From assembly GCA_043228905.1 (NCBI GenBank), contig JBHGNT010000006.1, forward strand, positions 6,262,001 through 6,326,000: a DNA stretch of 64,000 nucleotides, in the 5' to 3' direction. The position numbers and the translations under genes are program-made. Positions 53,600 through 64,000 of this stretch are shown here, piece after piece. Below the pieces are notes generated by a model. That model had not been told where the DNA came from. It was given only the letters and a program-made list of their open reading frames with translations, and did no database searches. Origin of the DNA: Azolla caroliniana. Lineage: Eukaryota > Plantae > Polypodiophyta. Positions within the stretch are counted from its first letter, which is position 1. Every line of letters begins with the position of its first letter.

Positions 53600-54850
53600 G
53601 GAAAGGAAACCAATAGACTTCGAAAACCATCTCATAAAATTAAGAAATTAAAATATTCTTACTTTCACAACTAAATAAATAGCTTGTCGACATTCCTTAA
53701 GGCTAACCAACCTCGATGGACTTAACTGCATTCATTCTTGCGATCAACTTAGGCGAGCTCTAAAGATTCTGATGAGGCATCACTTTAAGCCAATCATAAA
53801 TTTTGGTGTATCCTTGATTTAGAAGATCATTGCACTTAAATGAAAGAAGAAGCTTGTATGCAAATTCCCAACCTTTTTGCAATGAATTACAATGCACTCT
53901 ACTAGATGATGGTGTCCATACAAATAAGGAGAACGCTTATTGCCACGAGACAACCAAGTGTTCAATACATGAAGAGCAAGTAATCCTAAGCGGAATACAT
54001 TTGTTCAATAATTGTCACCTTTAATTGTTGTCCTCCCATATGTTATACCCTCATTCTCAATAAAATAATCAACAATATATATCCATGGTTGTGAGTTTGA
54101 ATACATGTTTTGCAATAATGAAAATCTATGAACCATCATATGCCTAGATAAGTGCTTAGGGGTCACTAGGTGATTCCACGCAATCTATGTGATTCCCATA
54201 TTATCCCTCTTTCTCCACAACCAATATCGAAGAGGTTGCAAAACAGAATGCAAAGCATCCTTTGTTAATGACAACAATTGCAAGTAATATAACATCATGG
54301 GTTCCATAATACATTGTATAACCTTCCTCCAATTAATATGTAATCCAAATGCCAATGTAAATTGGTTCCATACAAGCATCCCTTCTCAAGATTCCCACAT
54401 TAGGCTCGTAGAAACATAAAAAAATCATATGCCAAACATGTGCTACCAATCGCTCCTCCGATGGAAGGTGTGAACCCACAATGCTGCCATTAATTACAAA
54501 CCTTGATAATGTCACCAACAAGGGATGAGTAAAAATAGCAAACAACAATGGGCTAAGTGGGCATACTTGACAAACATATCTCGTGAGGGCAATATTTGAT
54601 GTAATTCCCCCCAGTAAGCATTACTAAAGACAATTCATATTGTCCTGATAAAAATATGAGGGGAGATACATGGTCCAAGGACCAATTAACATGATCATAA
54701 ACGCTCTCCAAATCAAATAATTGCATTGTAATCAATTCTTGATGGGTATGTCGGGCATAACTATAGTCATTTGAACATTCAACACAATGTGTAATATATT
54801 CCTACCTGCAATAAAACCATATTGGGAGGTACGTATCAACTTTACCAAAT
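53600..54850 (-). mobile_element. Degenerate L1 reverse transcriptase remnant
   Basis: TSQYGFIAGRNILHIVL and FDLESVYDHVNW (LDxEKAYDxVxW motif); many stops and frameshifts. Confidence 0.7.
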
Positions 54851-54855
54851 ATATT

Positions 54856-55167
54856 TGTAATGTTAATAATCAAACTCAACTTCCCTATGGGGTGAACACA
54901 CTTTAAGAATATTCAAGTGTGTGAACACCCCACTACTATGTAACATAACTAATGTGTTATAAGACTTAACTTCTATGACACATAGTTAGTAGGTGGTTGT
55001 TAAGTCCCGACTCCCCACCTCGGAGTCCACCTCTTTCCCAAGAGGTAGTTGTAGTAAGAGAGTGTAGAGAGAAGGTGACTATATAAGCCCACCTCCTCTC
55101 CTTTGTAATGAGTTGCTAATTTTGTCTTGTGAATACAGTTTCTTGTTTTTTGTATGTCTTGTTTCAA

Positions 55168-55168
<1 letters not shown>
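54856..55168 (+). mobile_element. Truncated LTR (family of 36551-38291 and 63632-64000)
   Basis: TGTAA start; CTATGACACATAG and GAGAAGGTGACTATATAAG match the reverse complement of 36770-36930; ends at (CA)n. Confidence 0.6.
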
Positions 55169-55240
<72 letters not shown>

Positions 55241-55244
<4 letters not shown>

Positions 55245-56225
55245 CATAAGGAAACACATGAAGAAATTATAAGTAAGGAATAATTTTTAGATGTCCTTAA
55301 CCGTTTAATTAAAATAGAAAAATGGGCGAAAGAGATTGAAGCTGATAAACAAAAAGATAAGGAAGAAAAAGAAGTGCTTATTGCTGAAATAACGAAACTT
55401 AAAGTAGACAACACGAACATTCAGAAACAAGTTAAGGACCTTGAGACATCTAGGGAAGATGGTGAAATATCTTCCCTAGAGGATATTAAGGACAAGATAA
55501 AAAAGGTTAAGGAAGAGGTTAAAAGCGATATGGAATTAGTAAAAACTAGGTGGGTTGATGTAGTAAAACGTAATATTAAAAGGAACTAAAGGATGAAAAT
55601 ATTGTAAACACTACCCTCGAGGAGGAAAAAATGTGTCAAGCTCGACACCTAAATGTACGAGTTATTGGGCTCAAGGCAGGGGCATCTCCTGAAGAAGATG
55701 CACAAACATTAGGGAAAATGTTAGGGTACGAAGCCCTACCAATCACTAAAACTTTGAGGGTAGGACGTGACACCACTAGGAAAAGAGCCTTGGTCCTTCA
55801 AATTAAGGACTCATAATCTAGAATCACATTTTTTAAAAAGAGACCACTTCTTCGAGGATTGGGCGGGGACCCTATCTACCTTGATGAAGACCTGACCAAG
55901 ATGCAAATTGAGCATCGTAAAACTTGTATGCTACGAGTCATACAAGCTCGTAAAGAGGGGCATCGTGCTTTTTACCGAGACGGACGTGTGATAATAAATG
56001 ATCGCGCCACCAATTGACGGCGTGTGGCCCATGTGATAGACAATAAACTTAGGATGACTTTATGGAACTGTAACGGTGCACTTTGGACACACCCTGGCCG
56101 TCTAGAGGAGATTTTGAAGGTATCTGACATACTTTTTTTTAGTAGAAACACATAAGAGCCCAAATCGAGGACTGCCACGAGTTGACGGTTTTTGTTGGGA
56201 ATCAGTCTTTAGACAAACCTCACGT
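55241..56225 (+). mobile_element. 5' part of an RTEX-like LINE (ORF1 coiled-coil + start of APE endonuclease)
   Basis: Coiled-coil ORF1, NVRVIGL, IYLDEDLT, then LRMTLWNCNG...DILFLVETH; starts directly after (CA)n. Confidence 0.75.
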
Positions 56226-56852
56226 CGACATACTACTAGAGGGTTTGGAGGGGTTGCGATACAATAGAATAGAGATAAGAACACGGGGATGCCCAACCAC
56301 ACGAAGAGACTTAGCAAAACTAATGATTTACAGAGAAAACAAAAAGATCGCAACCGGACGCGACCGACAAAGGAGCTTCGAGCTCTACATGCACGCACAT
56401 AGACACAGAACGATGGGTCTCTAGTCAGGATCTCACGGGCTTCCTATGTGAGCAGAGGCCTCCATCTTCTTCCCGAAACCAACACAGAACAGAAACAAAG
56501 GGAACAACAGAGCTCGGGACTCAAACCGACAACACTTCGTTCTCCAACTCCTTGGATGGCTAACACAGTTCAAAACCTCCCCTTTTATAGAACAAGGGGA
56601 GGTCATTACAACACAATTAACGACCGCCATTTCTGTCAATGATTCCCCCTTTATTCTCTCTCACATCATACCTTTTATTCCTTACTTCCATGGGACATTA
56701 AAGTACCCATCCGAGTCACACTACCTAGTACTTATTAGTCCCATAATATTTACAATGTTTGTGCATAAAGGCAATTTCTTGTGCATCCACGCACATCCCG
56801 GTTCATGCGCATCTGGCTCCTTTTTTCCTCGTAGCCGGAATTCCCCATGACA
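56226..56852 (-). mobile_element. Solo LTR in reverse orientation
   Basis: Minus strand begins TGTCATGGGG and contains CTATAAAAGG; far end imperfect. Confidence 0.65.
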
Positions 56853-56856
56853 ACGT

Positions 56857-57568
56857 TGTCGTGAAGATTTTCGTCCATGAGCGGAAACCCGAGCAACGAG
56901 AGCCAAAGAGCGATGTGCAACGTTGCACACGTACATAATGTATTTGTAATAATAATAGGGGAAAAGGGTATGGTGCTAGAAATGCCCCATAAGATCCCTA
57001 AGGTATAAAGGCGATGTGGTCTTGTGCGCACATCCACGCGCGAGAGAGAGAGAGGTACTATGCGGTACATAGGTACCTAGTTGTTTGTGAGGAGGTGGGA
57101 GTTAAGGGGCCATCAATCTCACCCTCCCCCAAATCAAGGCAAATATCCCCTTTGAATGAAAGGGGATATTTTAGTCTCGTTTTTGTAAACGGTCTTCCCT
57201 CCTTGTGCTATAAAAGGAGAGGGAAGGCACCATTGTGAGGGTTGCTTATTTTGAGTGTGCGAGGTATACCACATAGGTCGAGCGTTAGGGTTTCTTTGTC
57301 TTTTCTTCATCTTCGTCGATTAGGGTTTCGAGTAGTCGTTTGGTGCGGCCTACGCGGCCACCGTTTTGTAATCGTTCATTTCATTTTAATATATCTTGTT
57401 GATAATCTTGTCTCCATCTTCCTCTTGTTCAATCTAATCTCTTGTTCATTCTTCTTCTTCTTGAGCAAAGCTTCCATTCCATGTCTGATTCCTTCTCCTC
57501 TACTCCTTAGTCCAAGACCCCCGTGGTCCCGTCCTTCTCCACGCACGCACGCGCGTAGCAACGCGACA
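56857..57568 (+). mobile_element. Solo LTR (related to the LTR at 59682)
   Basis: TGTCGTGAAGATT...CGCGACA, CTATAAAAGG, ACGT on both sides. Confidence 0.8.
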
Positions 57569-58512
57569 ACGTGCTTAGCACTCGAAGATGACACAATATC
57601 TTCATCGAATCAACTTCAGAATGTCTAAATCCAACAACTCTCTCGATGTTAGAAGCAATTCTGGAAGTCCGATTGTCATCATCCTATATGTGGATGATCT
57701 AGTCATTGGAGGTGAAAATCTAGTGGACATCAACAAGGTCAACTCCCTCCTCTCCGGTAAATTCAAGATGACGGACATGAAAGAGCTTCAATACTTCCTC
57801 AATATTGAAGTAATGCGAACTCCAACCAACATTATGATCTCTCAACGACACTACATCCTTAACTTGTTATACAAGTTCGGGATGACTAAGTGTACGTTTG
57901 TGGCAACCCCTCTCGATCGGACCTAAAGTTAGCTACTGACTCCGGCATGGAAGAGTGTGAGCCGACTCAATATCGACAACTGATCGAGAGCCTCATCTAT
58001 CTCACAATCACTCGACCCGATCTCAGCTACCCAGTCGGTCTCTTTAGCCCAGTCAGTCACTCGGATTGCACTAAGCGATTGTTAGGATACATAAGTGGCA
58101 CAATGGATCGTGGCATTCTCTACAAATAGGCCACACCAATTCGACTCGAAGGGTACACATATGCTAACTAGGCCGGCTACAGAATTGATTGACAATTGAC
58201 CTTTGTAATTGTTTTCTCCCTTGGCAGCAGAGCAATATCCTGGAGTAGCAAGAAGTAGCCAACCATCTCTCTTTCGAGCACAAAGGCTGAATACAAGGGC
58301 GTGGTTGTGGCTGCATGTGAAGCCGTCTAGTTGAAGCGAATTTTGAAGGATTTGGGCATTCCCATCAAGGATCCGACTCCCCTTTACTGCAACAACATGA
58401 GTAGTATTTATCTGGCTCCGAACCCGGTGTTCCATGCACACACAAAGCATATTGAAGTGCACTACTACTTCATTCGAGAGCGCATTCAAGTTGGAGATGT
58501 CAACCTTCAACT

Positions 58513-58514
<2 letters not shown>
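57569..58514 (+). mobile_element. Degenerate Ty1/copia RT-RNase H fragment (different family from 27.5 kb)
   Basis: IILYVDDLVIGG, YLTITRPDLSY, NPVFHAHTKHIEVHYYFIRE; many stops. Confidence 0.9.
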
Positions 58515-58556
<42 letters not shown>

Positions 58557-58559
58557 GAA

Positions 58560-59681
58560 CGGGAAATATTATATTGCTGAGTAAAACGAATTACAAGGAG
58601 TAGGCAACAAAGTGCTATAGAATGGCGTTGAACCAATTTAGTTTTGGGATGATTAATAGATCCCTATTTATAAGTAATATAGAACACTTTAGAATATTCT
58701 AGGTCATCCTAGAATGTAGAGTAATCTAGAAGGTTCTAGTGTATAGAACACTTTGGAATATTCTAGGTCATTCTAGAATGTAGAGTAATATAGAATATTC
58801 CTATTATATTCTAAAAACTATACATATAACAATATTAATACAATGGTTAAAGATTTGACATGCGTATTAGAAGGTTGTTGGTTCAAATCCTTTGGAGGCA
58901 TGATATGAGTGTTATCGTGACATTATCCCCTTTCTTCGACGACACGTCTCAATACAATGGTTAAAGATTTGACATGCGTATTAGAAGGTTGTTGGTTCAA
59001 ATCCTTTGGAGGCATGATATGAGTGTTATCGTGACATTATCCCCTTTCTTCGACGACACGTCTCACGGGTCGTGGGGTTTGTACTACGACCTACTTTATG
59101 AGGATATTGGCAATGAAATGCAGTGACCATGTCTGAGGCATTGGAAAGATTTGCGGTAGGTTCCCAAGTTCGATCATTGGGGGTATAGCCTAACCAATCA
59201 ACTAAGTAATACAACTTGTTGCACACGTTTTAGAGTCGAGAATGGCAGCAACCTCAAATTCGGGTCCATCCAAAAACTCAATAGGTGGTGGGTGTGTCGT
59301 AAGATGGCCCGGAATTGAACTTCCAGTAGAAGGTTCCAAAAGGGATACATGAAACATCGGAGGGAGACCAAGACAAAATGCAACATCCCTTATCTTTCCA
59401 GTGATCATATAAGGGCCAAAGCATTGGTAATCCAATTTACTGCAAGGCCGAGTGGTCTTGATGTTGTGTTGGAGAAGCCATACATCATCCCCAAGGCGGA
59501 ACTTTTTGGATGAGTCTAGGCAATGACGATCCGCAAGCCTCTTGTGTGCAACTTCAGCATCATGCAAATTGTGGAGAATGGTAGCGTGAATTTCTTGGAG
59601 GTGACTAAGACAATCCTCAGCAGCAAGGTTGGTAGGAATGTCTGGATGCGTATTCATCGTCCACCGAGGATCACAACCCGT
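58560..59681 (-). mobile_element. 3' end of a Tcn1-like chromovirus: integrase GPY module, chromodomain, PPT and 3' LTR
   Basis: SKLDYQCFGPY, FHVSLLEP, EFEVAAILDS, YYLVDWLGY..DRTWEP; PPT AAGAAAGGGGATAA (59050-59037), LTR start TGTCACG at 59036; 114-bp duplication 58837-59064. Confidence 0.88.
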
Positions 59682-60518
59682 TGTCGTGAAGATTCTGGGC
59701 CATGGTGAGAAATCGGGGAATATCGGAAGAATCGGCGGAGTGCATCATGTGCACTTACCCTTGTAAAAATGTGTGAATAATAGGGGTGCCTTTATGGCGC
59801 CGAGTAGGAGTTAATTCGGGATAGAGGATCCCATGTAATAAGGGATTTATCCCACATTGTTACACATCCCTCTCCTTGTTCTATAAAAGGAAGGGAGCGC
59901 CCTTTGTAAAGGGGTTGCCCATTCTGAGTTAGGAGGGTATACCATAAGGTTCGAAGTAAGTTAGTTCTCTCTCTCTTTATTTTCTCTTGCCTAGGGTTTC
60001 ATCTAGTTCTTCTTCTTCTTCTTCGTTTTGTGTGACTGAGTCTTGACATCTAGCGGTTCTGTTTCAGCCTTGTCTTTTGCGCAAGACCCCGCTCGGCGCG
60101 ACGAGCCCGAGAGCTCCCCGACCGACGGCTTGGCAGTAGACAACTGTTGTATCTTGAGCTTCCTAGGTCTGGCTCGAAGCCGATATTGTATCTTGTTCTT
60201 GTAAATTTACATGTGGAAGGTTCTGCGTTCGGTGTCTGTGTGGGTGCCTTTAGTGTTCTCTTTCTTTCGTTTCTGTACATAAGGGCGTGAGTTGGGCCAG
60301 TGTTGTGTGCGTGCGTGCTCTCTCTCCCTCTATCCATCTCGCCCTCTTTTCTATTCAGTAGCCTCTTGCCTCCAACCGGTAACGTTCCTGTTTTGTGCTA
60401 CTCTGGTGCGGCCGGTCATGGAGGGAGTCAATCTCCCGGTGCCCTCTACTCCCTAGTCCAAGACCTCCTCGATCCCGCCTTGGATCCTACACGTACTCAC
60501 GGAATACCGTGACATCTT

Positions 60519-60536
60519 TGGTGAACCCGACGTGAA
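60519..60536 (+). promoter_or_regulatory. Primer binding site complementary to the 3' end of tRNA-Trp
   Basis: Reverse complement TTCACGTCGGGTTCACCA matches the plant cytosolic tRNA-Trp(CCA) 3' end as recalled. Confidence 0.85.
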
Positions 60537-60551
60537 AGGCGGCAAGGGAGG

Positions 60552-61775
60552 ATGGAGTCGGAAGACAATAACTTCGCGGAGACGATGGCCGAAGTGGTGT
60601 TGGAGTTCAGACGAGGGGTGATGAGGCGAGAAGCAACGCAACAAGCTATTGAGCGAGTGGTCGAAAGAGTCGGCCGTTTCAATGGGGACAAAGTCCCATT
60701 CTACTTTGAAGCCTACAACGCAGAAATGGAGGTGTGAGGCGTAGATGAGACGTTGAGGTTGGAGTTCTTCTATCGGGTCGTTGTTGTCCGTATGCACGCG
60801 GAAGTAAAGGAGCTCCAAGAAGCTCACAGTTCATGGGAGGCCTTCGAAGAGGCGCTCCTGCAGGCATATGGAGGACGGCGGAAGAGTCGGGGACGACGCG
60901 ACTTCGACCAGTGGGTTGCGTTGGCGAAAACCCATCGGCGCGTAACGAAGGCGTTTCGGGAGTTCGAGCAGCGGCTTGCTCGGCTCCCGGAGCGAGGAAA
61001 AAGTCTGGTGGGGGCGAACAAAGTCCCGTTGTTCGTTAGGTCGATCGACCAAGCGGAACGGGAAGCCATCCGGATTGAGCTCGAAGATGATGACGGAGCG
61101 AATGGCCTTACCGAGGACTGGTCGGAAGTCGAACGAGTATGCCGACGGTTGGATGAGGAGCGGTCCGCAAAAGGCAAAAGGAAGATAACACGCGACGACG
61201 TGTCATCACGGCAGGAAGCGGGCACGCAACAAGCAGGATCTACGAAGCTCGATGTCGAAGCCTTGGTCCGGGAAGTGTACGAAGCTCTGAAGGCAATGGT
61301 TGAAGAAGAAGAGAGATCCGGCACGTGGACGGATTTCGAAGACTCAGAGCTAGTCGACCTTCCGAACAAGGCGGACATGGCCGAGGCAGAGGCCAAAGAA
61401 TGGTGCCACGTTACCACGGGAGAGGGTGTGGAGCAAGACGCCCTCTCGACTTGCGGAGAAAGACCGGCTGAGGAGGAGGTCGGGAGCGGAGAAGAGCCCT
61501 CCACGCGGATTCCGAAGACGTCGGCAGTCGAGCCCGTGTGCCGACATAAGACCGGAGAGATGGAAGGCGCCAACGAGGAGTCCTGTCATGATGCCATCGA
61601 AGATGGATGGGAAACGCCCTGCGAGGAGGTCGAGGACGGAGCCGCAACAGAGAAGAAAGAGGAAATGAGAGTCGGTGCCGAGGGGAGCAGAATCGGAAGT
61701 CGACCCAACCGAGGATCGAATTGGTCAGCGTTCCGATTCGGGTGGAGCACGATCCGGATGTGGATCGTTCGATAG
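60552..61775 (+). pseudogene. Gag/capsid-like ORF with acidic C-terminal extension
   Basis: VGRFNGDKVPFYFEAY...SWEAFEEALLQAY; lies directly after the PBS; CGA>TGA-type stop. Confidence 0.7.
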
Positions 61776-63631
61776 GGGCAAGGTTCAGTATGAAGGTGCC
61801 GATACAAGAGAGGGTGCTGGACGAGCCACCCTCTTTACATGGGGAGAAAGACCGACCAGGAGAAGGTCGGGAATCGGGAAGAAGATGATCGAGCGTACAG
61901 AACCAGTCCGACAGGATTGACATCAGAGTCGAGACTCCGGACATTGGAGAATCAAGCCCAGGCGGGGCTTGATCGATCATAGAGCGGTTGCTTTCCACCG
62001 ACACCATTAAAAGGGTCGGTGGCCTGGGACAAGTTGTCGGGAGTCGTTACGAAATCGGTATTCCCCACATCTTGATCGGAGACTCCCGACAATGTGCGAC
62101 CGAAAGAGAAGGGAGATGGTGGGGAAGCGTAAGGAAGGGGATCAACGGTGGCGGGGAGAAACGAAAGAGGCGGTTGACTGAAGTATGGGTCCTCCACACT
62201 CGTTCCCGAGACTTAGGCGGTTGCGTCCGAGAACCAACAGAAGACCTAAGAGACGGAAAGTGGCGACGAGGACGCGGAGCGGAGTTCACGGCCAATACAA
62301 CCGATCCGGAAGCGAAGAACGAAGATCGGTCCTATGGGTCACCTCACACCGGGCTAGAGACTTCGGCTGTCGGCATCGGATCCGACGTAAGACCAAGATA
62401 CTAACGGTGGCGGCAGGAGAACGGGACCCGATAATGCGGAGTGACGAACGATCCCGAATGAGAAACGGGCGGAGCGGACTTCCGGATAACCGATCCGGAA
62501 GGGAGGAAGAAGTAGGCCTACGGGGAGGCCGGAACACGGTACATCGGTACCACGGGAGAGGATGTGGAGCAAGCCACCCTCTCGACACGCAGAGAAGGAA
62601 GACCCGGGATAGGGTCGGGAAGACGGGAGGCCCAAGGAGGATCCTTCACATTGGATCTAGAGACTTCGGCGGATGGCAGCGGAGCCGACGTAAGACCAAG
62701 AGACTGACGGTGGCGGCGAGGGGACGAGGGCAAAGGCAGCGATGGGGCGATCCTACGACGATCCTCACCTCGATTCGGAGACTCCGGCGATCGGCCCGAG
62801 AGCCAGCGTGAGACCTAGAGAGATGGACGATGGAGGCAGGTGAACGGAATCCCAAGCTACGACGTAGAAGTGCGGATGGGCGGTCCTATGGGATCCTCAC
62901 ACCGATCTAGAGACACTGGTAGTTCAAGCCGACAAGGCAACGTGAGACCAAGTGAGAAGGATGGTGGCTGAAGGAAACGGGAACCGACGATGCGGGAAGT
63001 GCGGATGGGCGATCCTACGGCAATCCGGAGACTCCGGTAGTCGGCCCAAGAGCCGACATGAGACCTAGAGAGAAGGACGGTGGTGGCAGGTGCCTGGGAT
63101 CCGACAAAGCAAGGGCCGAAAAAGAGCGGAAAGAGGTATCAGGCCGGTGACGCGGCCACGAACCGGATACGGACCCGACTGGTAAAGTTGCCAGGACAAA
63201 GATCAGACGTGTTCGGTATACGAGTCGGTGACCCAACAAATCGGAGGCCCAAGAAGGATCCTTCACACTTGTCCGGAGACCCCGGCAGTTCGGCCAACGT
63301 GGCAACGTGAGACTGAGGGTAATGGAAGGTGGCGGAAAGGGGACGAAGGCGACAACAATAGAAGCACCGAATAACCAAGGCGTCACACGAACGAAGGAGG
63401 CCATGCGGGCCGGAACGTGGCAAGGGTGATCTTTCGATAAGCTGTTGAGGACACTCGGTCAAGGAGCGGTGCGCCAAGCTGGGAAGGGCACACCAAAAGG
63501 CGAATCAGAAGACGTGTGTGTGTGGCCATCGAGGGCCAAAGCAAAGCACGAGTGGCAGCAACGGAAGACGAAGGTGGCCAAGCGCGCTACTACGGGGTGT
63601 TCCTCGTACGCGGAGGACACCGGTATGCGGA

Positions 63632-63689
63632 TGTAAAGAATCAAGAGATGGATTCTTGTGAAGCGGAAGAGATGTGAGTTATGTGTGTG

Positions 63690-63760
<71 letters not shown>

Positions 63761-64000
63761 CACAGAGAATACGCAAGGTAAAAGTATATTGACAAAGGAG
63801 AAAGATTCAACATTATACAAGGTGGGAGGAGGGTGCTTTATGTAGTCACCCTCTCTCTTCATTAACTACAAGACTCATGGAGCATGGGGAATGTGAAAGC
63901 TCATAAGTTATGTGTCATAGAATATCATTCTATGACTCATACTAAATGCTAGAATACAAAGTGGTGACATAATGGTGACTCTTGACCGTTGGAGTGTTTA
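63632..64000 (-). mobile_element. LTR inserted in the Trp-PBS element, running off the window
   Basis: TGTAAAGAAT...GGAAGAGATGTG...GTCACCCTCTCTCTTCATTAAC is homologous to 36551-36930. Confidence 0.75.

Larger units (their letters stand above)
59682..63631 (+). mobile_element. Ty3/gypsy-type LTR element with tRNA-Trp PBS and gag-like ORF, no pol seen
   Basis: 5' LTR 59682-60514 (TGTCG...TGACA), PBS TGGTGAACCCGACGTGAA 60519-60536, gag-like ORF 60552-61775 with one in-frame TGA at 60735, then GC-rich degenerate repeats. Confidence 0.82.

Noticed and set aside
60310-60330. Partial complement to miR535/miR156-type sequence (GCGTGCTCTCTCTC)
   Set aside because: Match covers only the low-complexity 3' part; the seed-pairing region mismatches
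25365-63862. Many short ORFs made of YI, LS, CV or ER repeats, or antisense to real exons
   Set aside because: Translations of (TA)n, (AG)n and (CA)n microsatellites or shadow frames

Overview
Eukaryotic nuclear DNA from a land plant. It is probably a non-seed plant such as a fern; this is inferred from the RTEX-like LINEs, Tcn1-like chromoviruses, a tRNA-Trp-primed gypsy element and a bryophyte/fern-type acyl-ACP thioesterase. 1-23.4 kb is gene-dense, with spliced genes for NOP2 (3' part), plastid NDH subunit NdhU, CCCH-TRM2A tRNA m5U methyltransferase and ETHE1. 24-43 kb and 49-64 kb are nested transposon fields: a young full-length Ty1/copia, L1 and RTEX LINE pieces, hAT elements, solo LTRs, chromovirus remnants and an apparently gag-only LTR element. 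These fields flank an acyl-ACP thioesterase gene at 43.7-46.4 kb. The main result is a ~501-bp x4 tandem repeat in a NOP2 intron that carries a box H/ACA snoRNA in every unit. Its 3' pocket pairs with the conserved 18S rRNA site UUAGU-Psi-GGUGGAG (yeast Psi1290/human Psi1347; snR83/SNORA4 type). Other notable features are an antisense tRNA-like Pol III module at the start of a chromovirus LTR and an LTR family whose termini consistently abut (A)CGT sites. All calls were made by eye, without database searches.
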